Below the pieces are notes generated by a model. The model saw nothing but the letters and a program-made list of their open reading frames with translations. It was not told where the DNA came from and searched no databases. From the NCBI GenBank assembly GCA_964195995.1, contig CAXMQS010000036.1, forward strand, positions 31,116 through 95,115: a stretch of DNA of 64,000 bases, written 5' to 3'. Both the position numbers and the translations under genes were made by a program. Below are positions 26,611-34,652 of the stretch, in pieces. The stretch is from an uncultured Acidimicrobiia bacterium (GTDB lineage Bacteria; Actinomycetota; Acidimicrobiia; Spongiisociales; JAOTWH01). Position 1 is the first letter of the stretch, and every line of letters starts with the position of its first letter.

Positions 26611-27383
26611 GTGTCCGTCTTTCCGAGGTAGGCCTCGATGACCTGCTCATTGGAAGACACCTCGTCGTAGGTGCCCTGGGCGATCCTGGTGCCGTGATCG
26701 AGGACGACCACTCGGTCGGACACGTTTCTCACGACTTTCATGTCATGTTCGATGATGACGATGGTGAAGCCGCGCTCGGAGCGAAGGCGACCGATCAGTT
26801 CTGTGAGTTCGATGGTCTCTCGAGGATTCATGCCGGCTGTCGGCTCATCGAGCAGCAACAGGTCGGGTTGGCTGGCCATCGCCCTGGCGATCTCGAGGCG
26901 CCGGCGGTTGGCATACGACAGCACGTACGCCGCCTGGTCGAAGCGATAGCCAACGAGTCGACTACCGAAGAAGCCCAAGACCTCCTTGGCCCGCTCCCGA
27001 ATCTCCTCCTCTTCGGCCCGGAAGCCCGGCGTCCCGAGGATCGCAGACCACGCCCCCTTGCGCGTCCTGGTGTGCTGGGCGACCATGACGTTCTCGAGGA
27101 CGGTCATCTGGGGGAAGAGGCGAACGTTCTGGAACGTGCGGGCGATGCCAAGGCGAGTGATCTCGGAGGGGTCGAGGCCAACGATGTCATAGTTCTCGAA
27201 GAGAATCTCGCCGCGGTCGGGTTTGATCATCCCGGTGATGTTGTTGAAGAACGTGGTCTTGCCGGCGCCATTGGGTCCGATCACCGAGACGATCTCGCCC
27301 TTGTCGATGTGAAAGTCGAGGCTGTCGATGGCGTGGAGACCGCCGAACGTCTTGCCGAGACCGCGGATGTCAAGCATTGCCAT
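26607..27383 (-). CDS. livG: branched-chain amino acid ABC transporter ATP-binding protein LivG
   Basis: MAMLDIRGLGKTFGG… GPNGAGKTT. The start ATG overlaps the livM stop (TGATG). Confidence 0.85.
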   Translation of the reverse strand: MAMLDIRGLGKTFGGLHAIDSLDFHIDKGEIVSVIGPNGAGKTTFFNNITGMIKPDRGEILFENYDIVGLDPSEITRLGIARTFQNVRLFPQMTVLENVMVAQHTRTRKGAWSAILGTPGFRAEEEEIRERAKEVLGFFGSRLVGYRFDQAAYVLSYANRRRLEIARAMASQPDLLLLDEPTAGMNPRETIELTELIGRLRSERGFTIVIIEHDMKVVRNVSDRVVVLDHGTRIAQGTYDEVSSNEQVIEAYLGKTDT

Positions 27384-29338
27384 CAGGAAGCATCCTCGGT
27401 TTCGGCGTCTTTTGTCTTGATCCAGGCGTCTTGCTCGAATTCCTCCTGGTGCAGTTCCTGAACGCGGCGCGAAGACGGCAGCAGTCCTTCGGGCCGCTTC
27501 AGCATCATGTAGATCAAGAGCGCTCCGTAGATGAGCAGCTTGAAGCCCTCGAACTCGCGCAGCAGCCCTGGCTGGGTGGGGCCTCCGAGGATGCCGACCA
27601 GCATGAGGGCTCCGAGCGCAACGCCGGGAATGTTGCCCATGCCGCCGACGATGATGATCACCAGGACGATGATGGAAACGATCAGCGCGAAGCTGCTGGG
27701 GAAGACCGCACCGATCTTGGCGGCGAACAGTGCTCCACCGAATGATGCCAGTATGGCCCCAGTAATGAAGGCCATCAGCTTGGCGGTGGTCGTGTTGATT
27801 CCCATCGCCTCCGCCACCTGCTCGTCCTCGCGCATCGCCATCCAGGCGCGGCCGATCCGCGAATCCTGGAGTCGCCACGAGACGAAGGCGGCGATGATGG
27901 CGAAGAAGAAGATGGCGTAGAAGATGAGTCTGGGCTTGGTCCCCTGGACGATGAACGTCCCGCTGAGGCCGATCTTGGATGCGGCGACGAGTGCTCCGAC
28001 GCCGATGGCGGCTGCCACCGAGCCAGCGAACAGCTTGAGTTGCTGACGCGCGGGATGGTGGAAGAAACGCCTATAGACGGTCCAGACAACGCCGAGAGCA
28101 GCAGCGATCAAGGCGGCGGAGATGAACCATCTCCACACGGCCACCGATGGAATCGAAAGGATTCCCTGGGCGCCACCAAAGATCGGCTTGAGCCAGTCGG
28201 AAAGGAAGAGGACGCGGGCGATCTCGCCGAAACCCAGCGTCACGATGGCGAGGTAGTCGCCGCGCATGCGAATGACAGGTGTCCCTACGAAGATCCCGGC
28301 GACGGCGGCGGCGAGGAGCACGAAGGGGATGGCGATGATGAATGGCAGAGTCGCCGTCAACCCTGGCGACGAGGGTGAGGTCAATACAGCCGTGGCGTAG
28401 GCGCCGACTGCGAAGAACGCTACATAACCGAGATCCAGCAGCCCGGCGAGACCGATGACGACGTTGAGGCCGAGGCCCATGAGCATGAACAGCCCGACCG
28501 TCGCCAGGATCTCGTTGAAGAAGGTGTTGAGCATCGACGGCAGCGCGAACCCAAGGCCGATCAGCAGGAAGGCGAGCACCAGCCCGACACCGGTCCGCTC
28601 CTTCTCGGGCAATGCGGCCAGGCGGACTCGAAGCGTGATCTTGTTTCTGGAAGAGGTGTAGTTGATGGCGAAGAAGATGGCGAAGATGGCGATGGCGGCA
28701 CCCCACCTCAAGGCGTCATCGACCGTGTAAACCCAATCCTCAACTGTGCCAGGGAGTTCTTCCAGGATGTCGACAATGATGAGCTTGAGCAGCGCGAAGG
28801 TGAACACCCACAGCAAACCCGAAGTGACGGCGTTTCGAATCCGCTCGGGCAGCAGGTGCATGGCGCCTCCGGCTGCTCCAAGAGCGGCTCCCAGCGCCAG
28901 CACTACGAGGATGCCGCCGCCAAGCCCATGGCCAAAGGTCAGAAGCTCGAAGAGCTCTGGGGAGGCGTTAGGAAAGATGTCGCGCAGGTGAATGGCGTCG
29001 AACAGGATCAGGAAGAGCGCCATGATGCCGCCTCCGACGAGGCCGGCGATGGCGCCGCCGACGACGTTGTGAGCGCCGGTGCGGGGCGCCTCCATGCCTT
29101 CGAGAGCCTCGCGGAAGGTGGCGCTGTAGCCGAAGACCACCGGAATCCACAGGAGGGATGCGTCTCCCAGATCGATGAACGGATCGACGAGGACTCGATC
29201 AGAGAACGTCTGCACCATGCCGATGATGGCTACGAACACTGTCGTCAGGCCGATGAAGCCGCCCCAGGTCAGCACACGGCGCATGTCCAGCTCGGTTGTC
29301 AAGTAGATCATCGGGGGAGTGGCGACTGCTTGTGCCAT
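27383..29338 (-). CDS. livM: LivM-type permease with a long N-terminal multi-TM extension (651 aa)
   Basis: The C-terminal half (about 300 aa) is LivM-like. The N-terminal half adds further hydrophobic helices. Confidence 0.75.
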   Translation of the reverse strand: MAQAVATPPMIYLTTELDMRRVLTWGGFIGLTTVFVAIIGMVQTFSDRVLVDPFIDLGDASLLWIPVVFGYSATFREALEGMEAPRTGAHNVVGGAIAGLVGGGIMALFLILFDAIHLRDIFPNASPELFELLTFGHGLGGGILVVLALGAALGAAGGAMHLLPERIRNAVTSGLLWVFTFALLKLIIVDILEELPGTVEDWVYTVDDALRWGAAIAIFAIFFAINYTSSRNKITLRVRLAALPEKERTGVGLVLAFLLIGLGFALPSMLNTFFNEILATVGLFMLMGLGLNVVIGLAGLLDLGYVAFFAVGAYATAVLTSPSSPGLTATLPFIIAIPFVLLAAAVAGIFVGTPVIRMRGDYLAIVTLGFGEIARVLFLSDWLKPIFGGAQGILSIPSVAVWRWFISAALIAAALGVVWTVYRRFFHHPARQQLKLFAGSVAAAIGVGALVAASKIGLSGTFIVQGTKPRLIFYAIFFFAIIAAFVSWRLQDSRIGRAWMAMREDEQVAEAMGINTTTAKLMAFITGAILASFGGALFAAKIGAVFPSSFALIVSIIVLVIIIVGGMGNIPGVALGALMLVGILGGPTQPGLLREFEGFKLLIYGALLIYMMLKRPEGLLPSSRRVQELHQEEFEQDAWIKTKDAETEDAS

Positions 29339-30609
29339 CAGGCGCGCTCCTCTACTGCGAGGCGCTCGCCGAGTAGACCGGTTGGTCGGAACACCAGAAC
29401 CAGGACGAGCGCGGAAAACGCCACAACGTCCTTGAGCTGACTAAGTGATGGGATGACGATCGAGAGCTCGAAATCGCGCCAAGCGGGGATTACGAGGATG
29501 GCCGCCAAAGCGACAGCGGCGCCGCTAAGAGCTGTTCGCCATATGGCGTTCGCCGCCATCGAGCGCTTGAGTAACGCCATGGCCGCGACGCCAGCGACGA
29601 CCCCAGCAGCGAGGATCGGCAGGGCCAGTCCCCAACGAAGGCCTCCGAGGACAACTTGCGGCCCGAGCGACTCGAAGAGGCCGAGGCTGACTCCCCCCAG
29701 CATGGCGCCAGCCATGTTGCCGATGCCGCCGAGTACTGCTGCCGTGAAAGCCTTGATGCCCGGCAGGAACCCGGTCAGGAAATAGACCTGGCGGAACAAC
29801 AGTCCCCACAGCATCCCGGCGATGCCGGCCATGAAGCCGCCGATGGCGAAGGTGGTGACGATGATGCGATCGACGTTGATACCCATGAGGCCGGCGATCT
29901 CCTTGTCCTCCGCAACCGCCCGCATGGCGCGCCCCGTCTTGGTCCGCTCGACGAACTGGTACAGAGTCAACATGGAGATAGCGGCGATAACGATGACTAT
30001 GACTTGGACTTTCTGAAAGCCGAAGAAGGCTTCCCCGCGCAGCGACTCCGGAATCTGCGGGTAGCTCTGGAATCCGGAACCGAAGAGCCCGCGGACGGCG
30101 TACTGGAGGAAGAAGGACATCCCGATCGAGGTGATCAACGGGATCAGCCGCGGTGCATGGCGCAGCTTTCTGTATGCCACCTTCTCGATGAGTACCGCCA
30201 CGATCGTCGAGGTCAAGGCAGAGACCAACAGGGTGAAGGCGATGGCGAGTATCGGGCTCGACTCCCATACCCCGGCCTCGAATAGCGCATCCGCTGCGAA
30301 GTACGCCACCAACGCGCCCGACATGAACACCTCGCCGTGGGCGAAGTTGATGAAACCGAGAACGCCGTAGACCATCGAATAGCCGAGAGCGATGAGTCCG
30401 TACATGGAGCCCTGGGCCAGGCCCGAGATCGTCAGGTCTCTCCACGCATCCCCACTGAGGCCTCCCGTCTGGCCGCTGAGGATGATCGACCCCAGGACGC
30501 CCCACACGATGACGATGAGGGCGAACACCCGGATGGCCATTAGGAAAGCATCCACCCACAGGATGGCGAAGCGAGATGGTCTGCGTGCGGCGACGTCTGT
30601 AGCGGTCAT
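29338..30609 (-). CDS. livH: LivH-type permease with N- and C-terminal extensions (423 aa)
   Basis: Core GYSMVYGVLGFINFAHGEVFMSGA… is typical of LivH. About 60 extra residues at each end. Confidence 0.75.
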   Translation of the reverse strand: MTATDVAARRPSRFAILWVDAFLMAIRVFALIVIVWGVLGSIILSGQTGGLSGDAWRDLTISGLAQGSMYGLIALGYSMVYGVLGFINFAHGEVFMSGALVAYFAADALFEAGVWESSPILAIAFTLLVSALTSTIVAVLIEKVAYRKLRHAPRLIPLITSIGMSFFLQYAVRGLFGSGFQSYPQIPESLRGEAFFGFQKVQVIVIVIAAISMLTLYQFVERTKTGRAMRAVAEDKEIAGLMGINVDRIIVTTFAIGGFMAGIAGMLWGLLFRQVYFLTGFLPGIKAFTAAVLGGIGNMAGAMLGGVSLGLFESLGPQVVLGGLRWGLALPILAAGVVAGVAAMALLKRSMAANAIWRTALSGAAVALAAILVIPAWRDFELSIVIPSLSQLKDVVAFSALVLVLVFRPTGLLGERLAVEERA

Positions 30610-30685
30610 GAACTCCAGGCCTCAATAAGGAAAGCCCGACCCCCTTTCTAGCGGGGCCGGGCAATCCTTGCTTGTCAGTTAGTCG

Positions 30686-32065
30686 TTAGTTGCCAGTTTC
30701 CGAGAAGCCGCCGTCCTTGGTCAGGTTGGCGACAACGGTCGCTGCCGCGATCGCGTCGGTAGCCGTCGCATCCTCATGGAAGAAGATGGCGATGGCCTGG
30801 GATCCACAGTCGCCGAACGCGTCACACGTAAGTGAACCGGTAACGCCGGGGAATCCGGACAGTCCATTCATGTGATCACGTAGGTCCTGACGATCTACCC
30901 ACAGCTCGCCGCCCGGGCCTTCCTTGGCGACGGCCTCGATCGAGCTGAGCAGGATCATGGTCGCGTCGTAAGTGTGGGCGTGGAAGGCCGCAAGTGGTGC
31001 CTCGCCGTAGTCCGCCTCATAACGAGCCTTCAGGTCGCCGTAGTTGACGCCGGTGAAGCCGCTATTGGTGAACACCAGGTTCGGGCCTGAGAAGTACATG
31101 CCCTCGGACTCGGCGAGGCTCATGAAGCCACCCTCGCCGCCAACGAACAAGCCGTCGGCTCCGAACAACTGCACATCCTCGAGACCGGATACTCCGCGGG
31201 CCTGCTGGGCAATGAAGTCACCGGCTGGCTGGAAGATCGGGAAGTAGATCACTTCCGGCTCTCCAGCAGCAACCTCCGTCAGTACCGGCACCATGTCGGT
31301 GTCGGTAGGGGCGACTGCCGTGTATACGGAGACTGTTCCACCAAGGGCGGTGAAAGCATTTGAGAACGATGTTGCAAGACCATCCGTGTAGGGGTCGCCG
31401 TCATGGATGGCAGCAGCGTTCGTAAAGCCGAGAACGCTGAAGGCGTACTCAGCTGCAGCCGCGCCCTGGAACAGGTCGTTGTGGGCTGTCCGGTAGTAGC
31501 CGGGCTGATAGTTCTCGTTGGCGTTGCCCTCAAGGTCAGACGTCAGCGAGGGGCTGGTGTTGGATCCGGAGATCAAGACCATTCCCGCACCGGTGATGAT
31601 CGGGCTCGCCGCTGCGGCAGCACCGGAACACGTGGTTCCGACGACACCGAGGACTCCGTCCTGAGCAACGATGGCCTGGGCTCCTGCAGCTCCGCCTTCA
31701 GGGCCGCACAGGTCGTCCTCGAACACGCCGAGGTCAACGCTGTGACCCAAGAGGTCTCCGTAGTCCTCGACTGCCAGTTCCGTTCCACGGTTCTGGTCAA
31801 CGCCCAGGAACTCCGTACCACCACTGATGGACTGGAGTGTCCTGATCTGGACGGACTCGCCGGCGCCGATTAGCACGCCGCCAAGATCGCTCATGGCCGG
31901 CGGCGGAAATTCCGCTGGCGCGTCTGTTGTCGGCGCGTCTGTTGTCGGCGCCTCTGTGGTTGGCGCCTGTGTTCCGCCGCTGGTCGTTGTTGTGCTGCTG
32001 TCTCCACAGGCAGCGGCAATCAGCGCCAGGACGAACACAAGAGCCAACAGCTTCGTGAATCGCAT
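30686..32065 (-). CDS. branched-chain amino acid ABC transporter substrate-binding lipoprotein (LivK-like)
   Basis: ATG at 32065 follows GGGAGGAA. Lipobox LIAAACGDSS, a Thr/Pro-rich linker, then a type-I periplasmic binding fold. Confidence 0.75.
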   Translation of the reverse strand: MRFTKLLALVFVLALIAAACGDSSTTTTSGGTQAPTTEAPTTDAPTTDAPAEFPPPAMSDLGGVLIGAGESVQIRTLQSISGGTEFLGVDQNRGTELAVEDYGDLLGHSVDLGVFEDDLCGPEGGAAGAQAIVAQDGVLGVVGTTCSGAAAAASPIITGAGMVLISGSNTSPSLTSDLEGNANENYQPGYYRTAHNDLFQGAAAAEYAFSVLGFTNAAAIHDGDPYTDGLATSFSNAFTALGGTVSVYTAVAPTDTDMVPVLTEVAAGEPEVIYFPIFQPAGDFIAQQARGVSGLEDVQLFGADGLFVGGEGGFMSLAESEGMYFSGPNLVFTNSGFTGVNYGDLKARYEADYGEAPLAAFHAHTYDATMILLSSIEAVAKEGPGGELWVDRQDLRDHMNGLSGFPGVTGSLTCDAFGDCGSQAIAIFFHEDATATDAIAAATVVANLTKDGGFSETGN

Positions 32066-32330
32066 ATGGGTATTCCTCCCGTATCTTTCTTTTGGGACTC
32101 CGAAAGCCTCGGCTTCGGAGTTTGGGAAGTCTAGGCGCTTGGTCAGCGCCACGCGTCGAAAAGCCCTAAATGGCACCGATTCCTCCGAAACCGTGTAGTG
32201 TCGTCCGTTCTCAAGACACGAAGACAGCGCAGCGCAGGAATCTGGGATTTTCTAGTGATTTCCCTTGCCAAATGCCGGGATTGTGAAATAATGCACAAGC
32301 TCATCGCGTTGTAACTCCTAGGAGGGTTCC

Positions 32331-33263
32331 ATGGGGGCACAACTGAAAACCGTTGAACTAACTACCGACACCGTCGCTGCTTACCTCAACAACGTCGGCC
32401 AGCACGAGCTGCTAACGGCTGACGAAGAGGTAATGCTTGCCCAGACCATCGAAGAGGGCAAGTCCGCGGAAGAGAAGATCGAAGCCAAGACCTACGACGA
32501 CCTCAGCGAGAGGCGTCGCCTCGGACGCTCCATGCGGCGCGGCGAGGATGCCCGTCACCGGTTCGTCAACTCCAACCTGCGCCTCGTGGTAAGCCAGGCC
32601 CGTCGCTACCGCAACACGCCCGGGATGGATTTCATCGACCTCATCCAGGAGGGGAACCTTGGCCTGATGCGTGCCGTCGAGAAGTTCGACTGGCGCAAGG
32701 GTTTCAAGTTCTCCACCTATGCCACTTGGTGGATCCGCCAAGCCATCCAGCGCGGTATCGCCGAGAAGTCTCGCACGGTCCGCATTCCCGGACAGCTCCA
32801 TGACAAGGCCAACCTGGTCCACGCCGTTGCCGACAGGTTGCGTGCCGAGACCGGTCGCGAGCCCACCATGGAAGAGCTTGTCGGCGAGACCGGCCTCGAG
32901 CAGAAGGTGATCGAGGATGCGCTTGCTCTTCAGGAGTCGGCGAGCCTCGAGGCGCCTGTTGGCGAGGACGGCGCCGTTCTCGGCGACTTCGTCATCGGCG
33001 ACATCGAAGAGGACGATCCGGTGTTCAAGATCGAGGAGCTTGCAGTTTCCGATGACCTGCGATCCGCCGTCTCCCGGCTTCCCGACCGCGAGCGTCGCAT
33101 CCTCGCGCTTCGGTTCGGCTTCGTTGATGGAGTACCACGGCCGCTCGACGAGATCGGCGACGAGTTCGGCCTTACGGCTGAGCGCATCCGTCAGATCGAG
33201 AAGCGAGCGCTCACCCGCATGCGCCATCCCAGCTTCGGCCTGCGCGAGCACGAGCTCGTCTAG
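32331..33263 (+). CDS. RNA polymerase sigma-70 family factor (group 2, SigB-like)
   Basis: Regions 1.2-4.2 are present: DLIQEGNLGLMRAVEKFD, the rpoD box TYATWWIRQAI, and region 4 LTAERIRQIEKRAL. An AT-rich promoter region lies upstream. Confidence 0.85.
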   Translation: MGAQLKTVELTTDTVAAYLNNVGQHELLTADEEVMLAQTIEEGKSAEEKIEAKTYDDLSERRRLGRSMRRGEDARHRFVNSNLRLVVSQARRYRNTPGMDFIDLIQEGNLGLMRAVEKFDWRKGFKFSTYATWWIRQAIQRGIAEKSRTVRIPGQLHDKANLVHAVADRLRAETGREPTMEELVGETGLEQKVIEDALALQESASLEAPVGEDGAVLGDFVIGDIEEDDPVFKIEELAVSDDLRSAVSRLPDRERRILALRFGFVDGVPRPLDEIGDEFGLTAERIRQIEKRALTRMRHPSFGLREHELV

Positions 33264-33337
33264 CCCAGTCCATCAGCCGCCTCACCGAGCTCATCGAGGC
33301 GAGTGACCTCGACGGTCTGATCCACCACATCGACGGC

Positions 33338-34219
33338 TTGGCTTCGTCGCGCTCGTGGGAGGACATCGTCGAGGTAAGGGAGCGCTGCGCCGAAGGCGTT
33401 GAGCGCGGCAAGCAGGTGTGGGCGGCATCTGAGTACGGCGCCTACAGGTTGGCCCTCGACGCTCCAGGAGAGTTCGCAGGCGCCGCCGTTGTCTCTGGCG
33501 CCGGCCGACACACCTTGGGCCCCCTGTGGGAGGTGGCGGCGTCTACCCACGAGTGGGCTGAGTTGGAGCCCCACCTCGACATCGGTGATCACCGGGAGTT
33601 GGTCGCCCGCGAGCGTGCCTTGCGCGGCGAAGACGTCGGGCTGGTCCCCGCTCACACCTACGACATCCCGGTGGCCCCCGAGCAGTGGGAGCCTCGATAC
33701 GCGGTGGCCGTCTACCGGGCCGATGGCGCCGACTTTCCCGAACCTGAGGTCGACCGCTACGAGGTTCTCGAAGTCCCGGCGGCGACGGCCGACGTGATGG
33801 AGGATGACGACGTTCTCGATGCCTTACACGATCTTGTGGAGCCCTGGACGGGCTCCCTGCAGACGGTCGCGGTGAGGGGTTCCACCGCAGACGCCATCGC
33901 AGCCACTGGTGCCGCTGCGGTCGTCGCCAAGCGTCTCGAGTCACAGGATGCGATCGCCCGCATGGGGTGGGCCGGCGCCAGTGGCGGCGCACACGGCCGC
34001 AGGCGCGGCGCCGCGGTCGGCCGCTACAACGCCTGGTGGGCTGTCGCCAACCTCGCCGGAGTCGAATGGCCGGACCTGGGAGGGGAGGGCGGTCGCCTCG
34101 AGTGGCTGGCTTGGCGACCGGCTGACTTCACGGAGGGTTGGGAGCTTCACCTGGCTATCGCCGATCCCGAGCGTGGCCTCGCCTGGGCTATCGCCGCCAC
34201 CGACGTCGTCGACACCTAG
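33338..34219 (+). CDS. hypothetical protein downstream of sigma factor gene (start uncertain)
   Basis: High-GC codon bias with GC3 consistent with coding. No recognisable family. The frame is open upstream back into the sigma gene, and the first start-type codon is TTG at 33338. Confidence 0.4.
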   Translation: MASSRSWEDIVEVRERCAEGVERGKQVWAASEYGAYRLALDAPGEFAGAAVVSGAGRHTLGPLWEVAASTHEWAELEPHLDIGDHRELVARERALRGEDVGLVPAHTYDIPVAPEQWEPRYAVAVYRADGADFPEPEVDRYEVLEVPAATADVMEDDDVLDALHDLVEPWTGSLQTVAVRGSTADAIAATGAAAVVAKRLESQDAIARMGWAGASGGAHGRRRGAAVGRYNAWWAVANLAGVEWPDLGGEGGRLEWLAWRPADFTEGWELHLAIADPERGLAWAIAATDVVDT

Positions 34220-34422
34220 GTCTCGACGAACTCGATCTTTTCGGGGGCGGGGATGCGCTGGCGATTGGCCCGCCAGACGTCCGAAAAGGCGAGCAGTCCC
34301 ACCATGGCGACGATGACGATGATGGCGATGCCGGCGATGATGCGCTTCTTTCGCTGCTGTTGGAGGCGCATCTCGAACAGCTCTGTCTCCGGCGCTACCT
34401 CTTCGTCAGACCATTCCCGCAT
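34216..34422 (-). CDS. small single-TM membrane protein (68 aa) divergent from dnaE2
   Basis: MREWSDEEVAPETELFEMRLQQQRKKRIIAGIAIIVIVAMVGLLAFSDVWRANRQRIPAPEKIEFVET: a charged N-terminus, one TM helix and a short tail. Its upstream region contains repeat copy C and the palindromic LexA box. Confidence 0.4.
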   Translation of the reverse strand: MREWSDEEVAPETELFEMRLQQQRKKRIIAGIAIIVIVAMVGLLAFSDVWRANRQRIPAPEKIEFVET

Positions 34423-34505
34423 TGGGGAAAGATATCGAGCTTTGAGCCTTGGGCTATGGGCTTTGGGCGTAAGCCGTGAGTGGCGTGGCGAGAGGGTGGG
34501 ATTTG

Positions 34506-34620
34506 TGTCTCCCCCCATTGGGGGGAGTACCGGCGGAGCCGGGGAGGGGGGCTTCCTAGCGGGCGTGCTCGTTGCTGACACCCCTCCGCCTCGCTGCGCT
34601 CGGTCACCCTGGAGGGGGAG
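34506..34620 (+). repeat. composite GC-rich repeat (copy C): internal GGGGAG/CCGG module plus type-1 terminal unit
   Basis: tctcccccc-attg-gggggag hairpin, followed by cggcggagccggggaggggggcttcctagcgggcg (nearly identical to 38100-38134), followed by acccctccgcctcgctgcgctcggtcaccctggagggggagg. Confidence 0.65.
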
Positions 34621-34621
34621 G

Positions 34622-34637
34622 GCGAACATATGTTCGA
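34622..34637. promoter_or_regulatory. LexA (SOS) box upstream of dnaE2
   Basis: gcgaacatatgttcga (core CGAAC-N4-GTTCG), about 15 nt before the dnaE2 ATG and immediately after the repeat unit. Confidence 0.7.
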
Positions 34638-34652
34638 CTAGAGTGATTTCCC

